Assembly: GCF_963921235.1 (NCBI RefSeq)
Contig: NC_086097.1
Span: forward strand, 44,952,001-45,016,000
Direction of reading: 5' to 3'
From: Mobula hypostoma
Lineage: Eukaryota
Length of the DNA: 64,000 bases
The translations under genes were made by a program, and so were the position numbers. Under the pieces are notes generated by a model. It had not been told where the DNA came from and did no database searches. It saw nothing but the letters and a program-made list of their open reading frames with translations. This document shows positions 24,140-35,017 of this stretch, piece after piece (the stretch's first letter is position 1; every line of letters begins with the position of its first letter).

Positions 24140-24901
24140 GATTCAGTTTCAGATTAACTTATCACATGTAAATGGAAATACAAAGTGAAATGTGCCATTT
24201 GCTTTAACAACCAATAGATGGAAAGATGTGCTGGGGGCTGCCTACGGGAGTCGCCACATATTCTAGCACCAACATAGCATGCCCACAATGCTCAGCAGAA
24301 CAACCCCAAACAGAACAACAAAACATTTAAAAAGTTCCTTTTCTCCCTCCCACACACGTGGACAGTCCGCCAACTCCAGGAGAAGCCTCCGGGACTTGAG
24401 TCTCCAGGCTTTGGCAATCAGGCTTTGACTTACAGATTTCTGATCAATGTTTGGACTTCAATCGTTGGGATCAACCCTCAGACTAGCCGATGATGGGACC
24501 CTGAGCTGCAGACTTCAGATCCAGGCTTGCCAACTGACCATTCCTTGTGCCTCCTGCTTGCACGGGCATCTGATTCTGGGAGACACCAATCTGGAATAGC
24601 CCGACATCCACGGATGTCCTTAGTTACCCGCCCACGTTGCTCATCTTCGAGCATGCAGCTAAGGCCTGGACTCTGTTGTCCTTCATCCCCATGTCTACAT
24701 TGCTGGCCTTCAATTGCAGCATGGAGGCCTGACCTCCAGATATCCTTCATCACTCATCACCCATTCATTTTTTTTTGGTGTGCCTGCGTGCGTGCGATTC
24801 TCTGCATGTGTGTGCGTGCGTGTCTGTGCGTGTGCGTCTGCATGTCCATGTGCGTGTCCGTGATGGTGGATTTTTCATGGCTTTTTACAAGGCATGGAGC
24901 G

Positions 24902-24935
<34 letters not shown>

Positions 24936-25292
24936 TGTGTGGTGCACCACTTCTCACACAGGCATTTTCGCAGTATTTTCCCTTTGTTTTACGAGGTTGA
25001 GTTGCGATCTCAACAGTCAACCCGGCACGAATGGAAAGCGTACTCGGGGACGGACCCGACTGGATTCGAACCCGGGAACCTCCACTCCCAGGTCCGGTGC
25101 CGATGTCGTTGCGCCACCAGCCGGCCCTCATCACCCATTCATGTTGCTGGACTTTGAATGTGGAATGAAGGCCTGACCTCTAACTCCTCCACATCCCTTT
25201 CCCTAAAACGTTATATATGACCCCCAACTACCCACTCTAAAAGTGAACCTATAAGCACCAAAGCAAAAAACACTTCAGTGTAATTCTAGAGT
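24140..25292 (-). mobile_element. Unclassified non-LTR-type interspersed repeat, interrupted by a SINE
   Basis: Minus-strand 3' end acatgtgataagttaatctgaaactgaatc resembles Rex1-type tails; GC-richer body; family not established. Confidence 0.35.
24769..25127 (-). mobile_element. Full-length tRNA-derived SINE with internal (TC)n and (CA/CG)n microsatellites
   Basis: A box tggcgcaacga, B box ggttcgaatcc, oligo(A) end, perfect 15-bp TSD tcatcacccattcat (24754-24768, 25128-25142). Confidence 0.9.
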
Positions 25293-25833
25293 TACATCTT
25301 GCATAAAAGAAGATGATTATGGTTGATGGAAGTTAATCATCCCTGACCTAGGACATCACCTAGTGTCCCCGGCCTTTTTACCTTCAGCTATTACAATTAC
25401 CTTCCTCCTTTCTCAACATAAGGCAAATGTGTTTCATGATCAATTACATTTGTAGGAGCAAAGTGAAAAGTCAAATGGAGTTGGTATCCAAAATAACAGG
25501 TGATTTATTAAAACTGGTGTGCACCAGGAGACCAGTTGGGGCTTATCTACCACAGCGTGAATTTGGTACAGCTTTTCCATTCACAGCTGATGAGATTAAT
25601 CAGAAACTGATTAACTGTAAAATTAGGTTTGATAACAGAATGCTGGTTACAGAAAGAATTACATAACATACTAGATCTTGATTACAGAATAAAATGATTA
25701 TCCACAAGTCTAATCTACTTCACAGTAAATCCAATTTTCTATTACATAGGTGCACACTATAACATAAGTAATAAAGTTCCTGAAACTTGGGTGTTCTTCG
25801 AGTCAATGTTGTATTCCATATCTCTACTTTTAA

Positions 25834-28139
25834 GCAACACACATCAAAGTTGCTGGTGAACGCAGCAGGCCAAGCAGCATCTGTAGGAAGAGGTGCAGTC
25901 GACATTTCAGGCCGAGAACCTTCGTCAGGACTAACTGAAGGAAGAGTGAGTAAGGGATTTGAAAGTTGGAGGGGGAGGGGGAGATACAAAATGATAGGAG
26001 AAGACAGGAGGGGGAGGGATAGAGCCAAGAGCTGGACAGGTGATAGGCAAAAGGGGATACGAGAGGATCATGGGACAGGAGGTCCGGGAAGAAAGACAAG
26101 GGGGGGGGGGGACCCAGAGGATGGGCAAGAGGGATATTCAGAGGGACAGAGGGAGAAAAAGGAGAGTGAGAGAAAGAATGTGTGCATAAAAATGAGTAAC
26201 AGATGGGGTACGAGGGGGAGGTGGGGCCTTAGCGGAAGTTAGAGAAGTCGATGTTCATGCCATCCGGTTGGAGGCTACCCAGACAGAATATAAGATGTTG
26301 TTCCTCCAACCTGAGTGTGGCTTCATCTTTACAGTAGAGGAGGCCGTGGATAGACATGTCAGAATGGGAATGGGATGTGGAATTAAAATGTGTGACCACT
26401 GGCAGATCCTGCTTTCTCTGGTGGACAGAGCATAGATGTTCAGCAAAGCGGTCTCCCAGTCTGCGTCGGGTTTCGCCAATATATAAAAGGCCACATCGGG
26501 AGCACCGGACGCAGTATATCACCCCAGTCGACTCACAGGTGAAGTGTTGCCTCACCTGGAAGGACTGTTTGAGGCCCTGAATGGTGGTAAGGGAGGAAGT
26601 GTAAGGGCATGTATAGCACTTGTTCCGCTTACACGGATAAGTGCCAGGAGGGAGATCAGTGGGGAGGGATGGGGGGGACGAATGGACAAGGGAGTTGGGT
26701 AGGGAGCGATCCCTGCGGAATGCAGAGAGGGGGGGGGAGGGAAAGATGTGCTTAGTGGTGGGATCCCATTGGAGGTGGCGGAAGTTACGGAGAATAATAT
26801 GTTGGACCCGGAGGGTGGCGGGGTGGTAGGTGAGGACCAGGGGAACCCTATTCCTAGTGGGGTGGTGGGAGGATGGAGTGAGAGCAGATGTACGTGAAAT
26901 GGGGGAGATGCGTTTAAGAGCAGAGTTGATAGTGGAGAAAGGGAAGCCCCTTTCTTTAAAAAAGGAAGACATCTCCCTCGTCCTAGAATGAAAAGCCTCA
27001 TCCTGAGAGCAGATGCGGCGGAGACGGAGGAATTGCGAGAAGGGGATGGCATTTTTGCAAGAGACAGGGTGAGAAGAGGAATAGTCCAGTTAGCTGTGAG
27101 AGTCAGTAGGCTTATAGTAGACATCAGTGGATAAGCTGTCTCCAGAGACAGAGACAGAAAGATCTAGAAAGGGGAGGGAGGTGTCGGAAATGGACCAGGT
27201 AAATTTGAGGGCAGGGTGAAAGTTGGAGGCAAAGTTAATAAAGTCAACGAGTTCTGCATGCGTGCAGAAAGCAGCGCCAATGCAGTCGTTGATGTAGCGA
27301 AGGAAAAGTGGGGGACAGATACCAGAATAGGCACGGAAGATAGATTGTTCCACAAACCCAACAAAAAGGCAGGCATAGCTAGGACCCATACGGGTGCCCA
27401 TAGCTACACCTTTAGTTTGGAGGAAGTGGGAGGAGCCAAAGGAGAAATTATTAAGAGTAAGGACTAATTCCGCTAGACGGAGCAGAGTGGTGGTAGAGGG
27501 GAACTGATTAGGTCTGGAATCCAAAAAGAAGCATAGAGCTTTGAGACCTTCCTGATGGGGGATGGAAGTATATAAGGACTGGACATCCATGGTGAAAATA
27601 AAGCGGTGGGGGCCAGGGAACTTAAAATCATTGAAAAGTTTAAGAGCGTGAGAAGTGTCACGAACATAGGTCGGAAGGGATTGAACAAGGGGTGATAAAA
27701 CAGTGTCGAGGTCTGCAGAAACGAGTTCGGTGGGGCAGGAGCAAGCTGAGACAATAGGTCGGCCAGGACAGGCAGGTTTGTGGATCTTGGGTAGGAGGTA
27801 GAAACGGGAAGTGCGGGGTGTGGGAACTATAAGGTTGGTAGCGGTGGATGGGAGATTCCCTGAGCGGATAAAGTCGGTGATGGTGCGGGAGACAATGGCC
27901 TGGTGCTCCTTAGTGGGGTCACGATCGAGGGGTAAATAAGAGGAGGTATCTGCGAGTTGTCGCTGTGCCTCGGCAAGGTAGAGGTCAGTACGCCAGACTA
28001 CAACAGCACCCCCCTTATTGGCGGGTTTAATAATAAGGTTAGGATTAGTGTGGAGGGAGCGGAGAGCAGAGCGTTCTGAAGGAGTGAGGTTGGAATGGGG
28101 ACAAGGTGCGGTGAAGTCGAGACGGTTGATCTCCCGTGA
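25834..28139 (-). mobile_element. Young 2.3-kb Penelope-like element, 5'-truncated
   Basis: 14-bp TSD atctctacttttaa (25820-25833, 28140-28153); RT+GIY-YIG frame followed by 3' repeat with hammerhead at 25896-25937. Confidence 0.96.
26229..28137 (-). pseudogene. Penelope reverse transcriptase + GIY-YIG endonuclease ORF with one nonsense codon
   Basis: Single frame by manual translation: IIKPANKGGAVVVW..FYLLPKIHK..GRPIVS..MDVQSLYTSIP..QTKGVAMGTRMGPSYA..RYINDC..FLD..YYKPTDSHS*LDY..VIYCVRCSRCGLLYIGET; stop at 27090-27092; YIDD appears as YIND. Confidence 0.93.
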
Positions 28140-28205
28140 ATCTCTACTTTTAAACTTTGTTTGCAGTCCCCTGTTACCACATTAGCACAATCCTCATCTC
28201 TATTT

Positions 28206-28316
28206 CACAAACAAGAGTCCGAACAAAGTGTTTCAGCCTGAAACATCGACTGTACTTTTTTCTATAGATGATGCCTGGCCTGTTGAGATTCTCCAGCATT
28301 TTGTGTGTGTTGCCCA
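28206..28316 (+). mobile_element. Minimal 111-bp Penelope insertion
   Basis: Decayed hammerhead plus gatgcctggcctg..cagcattttgtgtgtgttg; 11-bp TSD catctctattt (28195-28205, 28317-28327). Confidence 0.8.
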
Positions 28317-28399
28317 CATCTCTATTTACTAGTTCTTAACTTTCCTCTACAACACATTCATCACCCCTTCCTAAATGAACCGTTCATGTTTTCATGCAG

Positions 28400-28740
28400 T
28401 AAGATTGTGACAACATTCAGCAAAGGATATGATAAGTGGCACATGTTGCAAAAATGCCAGGCAACGGCAATCTCCAGAAAGTGAGAGTCTACCTTTGACA
28501 TTACCATTGACATTCTGGAAAGGTCACCATTCACCATAAACTCAAGCTGGATCAACCACATTCTGTAAATACTGTGGCAGTAAGAACAAGTCAGAAGCTT
28601 GATGATGAATGTATCAGCTTCTGATAGCACAAACACTTCACAGCATCTCTAAGGCAGAAGTCAGGGGTGTGATGAAATTGTTTTGATCTGCCTGGTTCAG
28701 GTTAGCTCTGACAATTCTTAAATAGCTTGATACCACACAA
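28400..28740 (+). mobile_element. Ancient LINE (CR1/L2 group) RT C-terminal fragment
   Basis: tgccaggcaacggcaatctcc..gtcaccattcaccataaactcaagctggatcaaccacat (GVTI..KL.W..HI-like); probably related pieces at ~23400-23860 and ~25300-25430. Confidence 0.45.
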
Positions 28741-29459
28741 TTGTTAAGCCATTGTCCATCACATATGATGAGGATTTTCTGATTCTGAAAGGGAAAATTC
28801 CCCCGGTCAAAATGTTATGACTTTTGTCAATAGTATTATCAGATCCAAGAGTATCAATCGGACTTTTAGTGACTAGTTTTAAAAAGTTAAAATCTGGCCT
28901 ACAGTAAATTGGGATCAAAAGAATGAAATGTGTGAACACTTGCATTTGGTCTGATTTTTTTCCTAAAAATAAATTCCAAACTTAATGTCATGAAAAAAAA
29001 ATTCATACTTCACTACTTTAGACTGCCATGACTCTAATATTTCTGTTCTGAAGCTTAAAACTTTCTTTTCTAGATATTAAAAGTCACTGTTGACTACACT
29101 TAGACACCATGACTATACACTGAGTCAGAAACTTGGAAAACACACCCACTGTATTCTTAGCTCAATAATCATTTATTCCCTTCACCTAAATTCTGTAGTT
29201 GATGCAATTACTGCAATATTCAGGTTGAGATTTCAGGAATCAGTGCACTCATTACAAAACCATTTTTATTCAGTAATGCAAAGGGTCATGCTACTGTATA
29301 TTTACTTGAGATATGCTGTATTTCATAACTCTATAAGAAATGTTAATAGACCGGATGTAATATTCTGTCATTATGCAATTCATCTAAGTATGTTGGAAAA
29401 TATTCATAATAATGGCTTAATAAAATACTTCAGTTTATACAGCAGTATATAAGCATCTT

Positions 29460-29767
29460 GTGTTGGCACGTGGCCAAGTGGTTAAGGTGTTCGTCTGGTG
29501 ATTTGAAGGTTGCTAGTTCAAGCCTTGGCTGAGGCAGCGTGTGTGTCCTTGAGCAAGGCACTTAACCACACATTGCTCTGCAACGACACGGGTGCCAAGC
29601 TGTATGGGTCCTAATGTCCTTCCCTTGGACAACATCAGTGGCACGGAGAGGGGAGACTTGCAGCATGGGCAACTGCTGGTCTTCCATACAACCTTGCCCA
29701 GGCCTGCGCCCTGGAAACCTTCCAAGGTGCAATTCCATGGTCTCATGAGACTAACGGATGCCTATAT
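29460..29767 (+). mobile_element. Full-length tRNA-derived SINE with CORE-like domain
   Basis: A box tggccaagtgg, B box agttcaagcc, gtgtccttgagcaaggcacttaacc; TSD agcatctt (29452-29459, 29768-29775). Confidence 0.88.
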
Positions 29768-30537
29768 AGCATCTTAAACATTGCCCATGCCCAACCTGCT
29801 TCATAGAAACATCACAGAAGCAACCAAAAGGAAGCCACAGATTTTATAGCTTACAGGGACAGAACTAGAGTTCAGATATCTCAGGCAGTTTTGGTGCAAG
29901 AAGAGATTACAGATAATGGCAATGATTTTGTGAGATACCTGAGTCACCAATGAACCTGAACCAATTTACTGCACAAAGACTCTTTATCCACCAGGTGTAA
30001 GTGAGTGAGAAGTGGGGAGGGTAGAATAAGTCCCACAACTGCAAAGTACTTCGGAGGTGGAGAAAGTTATTAAAGCATTATGGATATTTTGAATTTTTCC
30101 ATTCAAAAACAGTTAAAACATATTTGAGAACAATTAACAATGTCAAAACTATTAACATTTCTTGCAAGTTTTTCCAAAATATCAGAAGCCTCAAACCAAA
30201 TAATTAAAATATTTTTAAAATATTTGGACAAGCTAAAAGAATTCAAAAAATTGAAAGTTAACCAAAACTTATTTCGGACTCTTTTAGTCAATGCCCTGTA
30301 ATTACTGATCCTGCTTCAAGTCTAGACAGAGGGGAAACAGGATAATACTGGTGGACTCCCATGTCAACTCTTCTTCGCTGCTATTACTTCTGCATTTATG
30401 ACCAAGTAGCACTGACATTGAGAAGTCATGGCAGCCTCTCATTAAACTATTGGTCTTTCACCTTAAAATCTGAATTATTGGGAGGGAAAAGATCATCAAA
30501 TGTGTCAAAAAAGAACTATATGTATTATATAAATATT

Positions 30538-30791
30538 GTGTGTTGGCGTGTGGCCAAGTGGTTAAGGCATCGGTCTAGTGATCTGAAGGTTGCTAGTTCG
30601 AACCTCAGCTGAGGCAGCGTGTTGTGTCCTTGAGCAAGGCACTTAACCACACATTGCTCTGTGACAACACCGGTGCCAAACTGTATCGGCCCTAATGCCC
30701 TTCCCTTGGACAACATCGGTGGCGTGGAGAGGGGAGACTTGCAGCAAGGGCAACTGCTGGTCTTCCATACAACCTTGACCAGGGCTGTGCC
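30538..30791 (+). mobile_element. Same SINE family, 3'-truncated
   Basis: Closely matches 29460-29710; abuts a CR1 3' fragment (30792-30990, minus strand). Confidence 0.85.
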
Positions 30792-31139
30792 TAACCTGTT
30801 ACTAACCAAGAACCTATCATTAAACATGGTCTCCATATCCACCTGTGGCAATTCCACAGATTCACCGACCCCAGAGTAAAGAAATTCCTCGTCATCTCTG
30901 CTCCAAAGGGGTGTCCTTGTATTCTGATGCTGTGCCCTCTGATCCTAGTCTCTATCACAAAATGAAACATCTTATCCTCATCCACACCTTTATATTAGTG
31001 TTATATTAATACACATTATATCAATGTGTTGGTGTAATTAAGTTGATAGGTAAGAATAAAAGGTTCCAAAATAGCTTCAGAGCAAATCAGCTGAAGCAAG
31101 GGGAGCATCAGGTAACATTTTGAGAATATACAGTACATA

Positions 31140-31590
31140 GTCCTTCTTGGTGGTCATGGGAATGAGACATGAACCCCAATGTATGGTGAAGAATACCAGC
31201 AAGTTTTTTTTGTTTCAGATAGTTCTGTAGAGGGCAGAGGAATCAATACCATCCCAAAGTGCTGCTGGAGGAAATTTCCACTCAGCTAATGTCGACAATT
31301 TAAACATCGGGGATGTAAAGCTGAGTGTCATCATGTCACATGTGGAATCTGGCATCGTACTTTTTTAGCTGACATTGGTGAGAGACAGCAAGTCAATAAT
31401 GAACAAAAGGCGACCAAGAAAGATCTTCAGAGGATGAAAGGAAAGCCTTTACCAGAGACTCTTTCCCCACAACTGGACAGCTCCGACAGAACAGAGCAGG
31501 TGCGGTGCTATCTAGCTGGATGATAGGGGACTGGAGCTGAACGAGAATGATGCCACCAATTGTGTCAAAAGCTGCAGAAAGAATGAGCGT
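31140..31590 (-). mobile_element. Ancient L2-like RT fragment
   Basis: Minus strand ttccacatgtgacatgatgacactcagctttacatc translates FHM*HDDTQLYI, a decayed FHxYADDTQLY motif. Confidence 0.5.
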
Positions 31591-33887
31591 ATATAAAAAA
31601 AAGAAAGATTACTTTAGTCTAAACCATCCTCGAGAGCATCAGTGACTTTGGTTCAATTTCATAATCGTGGTGGGATTCACCATGTGATTAAAGTTTTAAA
31701 CAAAGATGCATTTGAGTATAGTGAACAAAATCTAATTAGTGACTAGAATGCAATCATGTTAGTAATAGAATATTTGGAGTTATTAATATTGGATATTATT
31801 GCGGCTAGCAATCAATGTATAAATATTAAATCATAGTAATATGCTAAGATTAAATATAAGATTACATTGACAACATGCCAAAATATTCTGCAGTCTAAGT
31901 GTTTTGTATATTCCTTTCTTATTCTCCATCTATGAAACAAACATTTTATTTTAATTAAAAGACAATAAATGTTATTACCAGTTCTCTTTACCTTTATAGA
32001 ACACCCAGAACATACTGAAAGATCTGAAATCCATATTTACCTCTGTAGTATTTCTAACCTAACTATGAAAACTGGGAACTAGTCATGCACTTGTGTATAA
32101 TATAGTGTAGGTGCTGCTGAATATAAGGGGTAAACCTGAAATCCTGAACTAGGGCAATGCTGTAGCCATAATATAGTAATCAATTGTTAATATGTATAAT
32201 TTGGTGTTGAGCAACAGAACTTGGAGATATCACTCTCAGTGTTTAATATACCTAGGACTGTCAATCCAAAATATATATTGTTGACAAAGGGACAAAATGA
32301 GGAGATAAGCAGTCTGACTGATGGTTAATATTAATTAGATATTCACTTAGGATAAAGGTTGTCATATTAAATAATAAATTATTCCTTTTTGAAAATATGT
32401 ACATCAAGAAAAAGTGAAGGCAAAAGGAATGTGAAAAATCAATAAAAATCCGTGAACAGAATTGCTTAAGATTTCTTTCATGTGAAATTATCAATACAAG
32501 ACTAAAATAACTTGCTCCAGTTATTGTCTCAGCCTTTATATCAATTTCTGAAGTGTGGAACAATGCCACATTAAGCTGCTTTCTTTCTTCATTTTCATCT
32601 TCTGTTATTTCTGGATATTGTGTTCAACTACTAGTGGTGTAACTCTGGACAGCCTTCCTTCCAGCTTCTCCCCGACAACTTCCAAGTTTGTTCTAGTAAA
32701 TGGATTCAGACATAGCTTCATTCAAAGTAATATTGATCTCCAGTCCTGTGAAATACGCCATCCTACTTTTTTTTTGGGGGGGGGATATCAGTTTCTAATG
32801 GACATACTTAAATAGTTCCCTTCTGAGATTCAGATGTTTTATTAGCAACATTAAGAGGTAAAATGTAATTGTGCAGCTTTGCTAATTGGCAATATTATTT
32901 TCAACAACACACCAAAATAGTAATTATTGAAAATCAAAATGCTGACAAATTAAGGCACTTATGGCATAGTAGTTTAATCATTCAAATCAGAAGGCTGGTT
33001 ATACAACACTGATAAAGCAAATCCTACTCCACTTGCATATTTTGTGTCTATTGAATTAGAATTAATCTGCTAGAAGAGTGAAAATGTGTGATCCATCCAA
33101 AATGTAGGCATCTTGAGCAGAAGACACTAGAAGTAAGAAATACTAGGATGAATTTTCCTCAGAAATTCCAGATTTCCACCGAAGTTCAAAATGTGCTGGT
33201 CACTCTTCACTTTTTATTCCCTGGCTGTATCTGAACACTGGATATCTGAAGAGTCCAGTAACAGCGTATGATCTCCTCTCTATCACCCAGTACTTAAGAT
33301 ATGTTGCTGAATTTATACCAACATTGAAGTGGCATTGAAACAATGGGTCTATTCAGTTCAACAGAAAGGAACAGCTGCAAGACCCCCAAATACGTATTAG
33401 GTCATTTTCATTTATCAACATTACAGTTTATTTGACCTTAACTGGTTTTAAGCTTTCAAGATCTTAACTAATTTAATTAAATTATTTCACTGAGTTTTTA
33501 AAATGTTTTGGAATGCATGCAGTACAATTTACCTCCACAACAAATTTGTACTCTCTTAATATTACACAGAGCTTACTGGCTGACAAGGACATTTATTCTT
33601 GCCACTCTGGCTCATACATGAAGGCGTTACATTACCCAAAACCTTATCACTGCATAAGCTCTCTTTATATAGGACTGGGAAATAATTCGTCAGCAAACTT
33701 ACAGTGACATTTCTGAAAAACATGTATTTGCTTTACCAAGTAGGTCAATGACCAGAATGGGGAGCGCATGACCAGCAACTGCTTCTGGCCCAGTATTTCT
33801 CCTTGATCCCATGATGCGTGAATTTTCAATTAAAATAATCTTGATTTCACTGCCAAGCACTGCAGAGTCATATTTTTTACTATCATA

Positions 33888-35017
33888 TCATTAAGAACAC
33901 AGGACAGCATAGGACAATGTTGTGCCGAATCAGCTGCAAAGCAAATAAAAAACACCCAACCCACACCATGTCCATATCCCTGCAGCTTCCCCTGGAGGAT
34001 TGTGTCTATCCAAATGTCTCTTAAAAGCCCCAAATGTACTTGCCTCAACCACCATACCAGGCAGCGCATTCCAGGGATCCACGACTTTTTTTAAATAAAA
34101 ACTTACCCTTCACATCCCCCTTGAGCCTACCCTCTCTCACCTTCAACGCAAGGCCTCTGGTATTAGACATTTCAACCTTGTAAACAAATATTCTCAGATC
34201 CACACTATCTATGCCTCGCATAATCTTGTAAGCCTCTATCTGACCTCCCCTCAGCCTGCAGAGAAAACAACCAAATTTATCCAGCCTCTCGGGATAACAC
34301 ATGCTCTCTAAACCAGGCAACATCCTGGTAAGCCTCTTCTGCACCCTTTCCAAAGCCTCAATATCCTTTCTACAGTGGGGTAAACAGAACTGTACGTTAT
34401 ACTCCAGATCTGGCCCAACCAGAGTTTTACAAAGTTGCAACATAACCTCCTGACTTTTGAACTCAATACCTCAACTAATAAAAGCAAGCATTCCCTAAGT
34501 CTTCTTAACCACCTTATTGACCCGTGTGACCACTTTCCAGGAAGCACGAACTTGGATCCCAAGACCTCTCTGCTCAGCAACACTATTAAGAATTTTCTCT
34601 CCTTGCAGTTGCCCTACAGAGGTGCAACACCTCATATTTATCTGATCTGTCACTTATTTGCTCATATCTGAAAATGATCTATATTGTGCTGCATTCTTCA
34701 CTAGTCATCTACACTATCCACCTACACTATCCACAACTCCACCAATCTTGGCACCATCTGCAAATTTACTAACCCACCCATCTCCATTTTTATCCAGGTC
34801 ATTTGTATATATTACGAACAGCAAAGGTCCAGGCACAGATCCCTACAGAACATTACAGAACTAATTACAGACCTTCAGCTCAAATAAATCCCTTCAACCA
34901 CTACACACCGTCTTCTATGTGCAAGCCAGTCTGAACCCAAACAGCCAGTTCATCACGGACCCCATGAACCTCACCTTCTGGATTAGCCTTCCATGCAGGA
35001 CTTTATCAAACGTCTTA
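33888..35017 (-). mobile_element. CR1 3' part (continues at 38822-38905)
   Basis: MLQLCKTLVGPDLEYNVQF..LERVQKRLTRMLPG; split by the plus-strand CR1. Confidence 0.88.

Noticed and set aside
29460..29540. tRNA genes (also at 25050-25127, 30540-30610, 43300-43376)
   Set aside because: A/B boxes are SINE heads followed by repeat bodies and TSDs; no convincing cloverleaf
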